DNA of 64,000 bases from Eledone cirrhosa (taxonomy: Eukaryota): assembly GCA_964016885.1 (NCBI GenBank), contig OZ024764.1, positions 2,418,001 to 2,482,000 on the forward strand, written 5' to 3'. Position numbers and translations under genes: made by a program. Position 1 is the first letter of the stretch. Each line of letters opens with the position of its first letter. The notes below the pieces were generated by a model that searched no databases, had not been told where the DNA came from, and saw only the letters and a list, made by a program, of their open reading frames with translations. Shown here in pieces: positions 61,608 through 64,000 of this stretch.

Positions 61608-64000
61608 CCCTTTAGCATTTAAACCGGCTGTATCTGGCCAGAATTTTCTCTACTCTTTCTGTGCAAACTGGCTGAAACTGGCCACTCACACCTACAATAA
61701 GGTATTGTCCTCAAAATAGATATCAACTGTCCAGCAATTCTCTCCTAAGACATTCTAACCGTGAAATAAAGTCTTTACCATGAAAATATAATAGTGAATA
61801 TAGAGTAATGTAAATGTTATGTGAGATATTATGTGAGGTAAAGCCTTTACTGTGAAATACAATAGTATATATAGAGTAATGTAAATGTTATGTGAGATAT
61901 TATGTGAGGTAAAGCCTTTACTGTGACAATACAATAGTATATATAGAGTAAGGTAAATGTTATGTGAGATATTATGTGAGGTAAAGCCTTTACTGTGACA
62001 ATACAATAGTATATATAGAGTAATGTAAATGTTATGTGAGATATTATGTGAGGTAAAGCCTTTACTGTGACAATACAATAGTATATATAGAGTAAGGTAA
62101 ATGTTATGTGAGATATTATGTGAGGTAAAGCCTTTACTGTGACAATACAATAGTATATATAGAGTAATGTAAATGTTATGTGAGATATTATGTGAGGTAA
62201 AGCCTTTACTGTGAAAATACAATAGTATATATAGAGTAATGTAAATGTTATGTGAGATATTATGTGAGGTAAAGCCTTTACTGTGACAATACAATAGTAT
62301 ATATAGAGTAATGTAAATGTTATGTGAGATATTATGTGAGGTAAAGCCTTTACTGTGACAATACAATAGTATATATAGAGTAATGTAGATGTTATGTGAG
62401 ATATTATGTGAGGTAAAGCCTTTACTGTGACAATACAATAGTATATATAGAGTAATGTAGATGTTATGTGAGATATTATGTGAGGTAAAGCCTTTACTGT
62501 GAAAATACAACAGTATATATAGAGTAATGTAAATATTATGTGAGGTAAAGCCTTTACTGTGAAAATACAACAGTATATATAGAGTAATGTAAATATTATG
62601 TGAGGTAAAGCCTTTACTGTGAAAATACAATAGCATATACAGAGTAATGTAAATGTTATGTGAGATATTATGTGAGGTAAAGCCTTTACTGTGAAAATAC
62701 AATAGTATATATAGAGTAATGTAAATGTTATGTGAGATATTATGTGAGGTAAAGCCTTTACTGTGAAAATACAATAGTATATATAGAGTAATGTAAATGT
62801 TATGTGAGGTAAAGCCTTTACTGTGAAAATACAATAGTATATATAGAGTAATGTAAATGTTATGTGAGATATTATGTGAGGTAAAGCCTTTACTGTGAAA
62901 ATACAACAGTATATATAGAGTAATGTAAATATTATGTGAGGTAAAGCCTTTACTGTGAAAATACAATAGCATATACAGAGTAATGTAAATGTTATGTGAG
63001 ATATTATGTGAGGTAAAGCCTTTACTGTGAAAATACAATAGTATATATAGAGTAATGTAAATGTTATGTGAGATATTATGTGAGGTAAAGTCTTTACTGT
63101 GAAAATACAATAGTATATATAGAGTAATGTAAATGTTATGTGAGATATTATGTGAGGTAAAGCCTTTACTGTGAAAATACAACAGTATATATAGAGTAAT
63201 GTAAATATTATGTGAGGTAAAGTCTTTACTGTGAAAATAGAATAGTATATATAGAGTAATGTAAATGTTATGTGAGATATTATGTGAGGTAAAGCCTTTA
63301 CTGTGAAAATACAATAGTATATATAGAGTAATGTAAATGTTATGTGAGGTAAAGTCTTTACTGTGAAAATACAATAGTATATATAGAGCAATGTAAATGT
63401 TATGTGAGGTAAAGCCTTTACTGTGAAAATACAATAGTATATATAGAGTAATGTAAATGTTATGTGAGGTAAAGCCTTTACTGTGAAAATACAATAGTAT
63501 ATACAGAGTAATGTAAATGTTATGTGAGATATTATGTGAGGTAAATCCTTTACTGTGAAAATACTATAGTATATATAGAGTAATGTAAATGTTATGTGAG
63601 ATATGTGAAGTAAAGCCTTTACTGTGAAAATACAATAGTATATATAGAGTAATGTAAATGTTATGTGAGGTAAAGCCTTTACTGTGAAAATACAATAGTA
63701 TATATAGAGTAATGTAAATGTTATGTGAGATATTATGTGAGGTAAAGCCTTTACTGTGAAAATACAATAGTATATATAGAGTAATGTAAATGTTATGTGA
63801 GATAAAGTCTTTACTGTGAAAATACAATAGTATATATAGAGTAATGTAAATGTTATGTGAGGTAAAGCCTTTACTGTGAAAATACAATAGTATATATATA
63901 GAGTAATGTAAATGTTATGTGAGATAAAGCCTTTACTGTGAAAATACAATAGTATATATAGAGTAATGTAAATGTTATGTGAGGTAAAGCCTTTACTGTG
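61608..64000. mobile_element. piggyBac-type MITE with 72/60-bp satellite array, running off the window
   Basis: TTAA|ccctttagcattta start homologous to 36818. Confidence 0.82.

Noticed and set aside
61755-63949. 579-aa and 700-aa ORFs (also 26248-27457 and 36921-38216)
   Set aside because: 72-bp satellite inside a MITE; frames shift arbitrarily

Overview
AT-rich, repeat-dense animal genomic DNA, most likely an octopod or other coleoid cephalopod (inferred from the SINE repertoire, not verified). The whole window lies inside one minus-strand gene, the core spliceosomal scaffold PRPF8/Prp8. I traced 23 consecutive GT-AG exons by hand (60615 down to 366; 3765 nt; phases consistent; about human residues 145-1400). 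Both gene ends lie outside the window. The introns are filled with tRNA-derived SINEs, RTE/CR1/L1-Tx1/CRE LINE fragments, Helitrons, hAT, piggyBac and Tc1/mariner elements, and many minisatellites; nearly all long ORFs in the track are artefacts of these repeats. Main observations: (1) several short inverted-repeat elements, mostly embedded in (TA)n, carry type I hammerhead-ribozyme motifs of the Penelope-like kind, and the best-formed ones are on the PRPF8 sense strand; (2) the 3' splice site of one exon is tandemly reiterated 19 times, and every decoy would read into an in-frame stop; (3) most minisatellites are amplified slices of transposons, including one 48-50 bp module amplified in four diverged versions.
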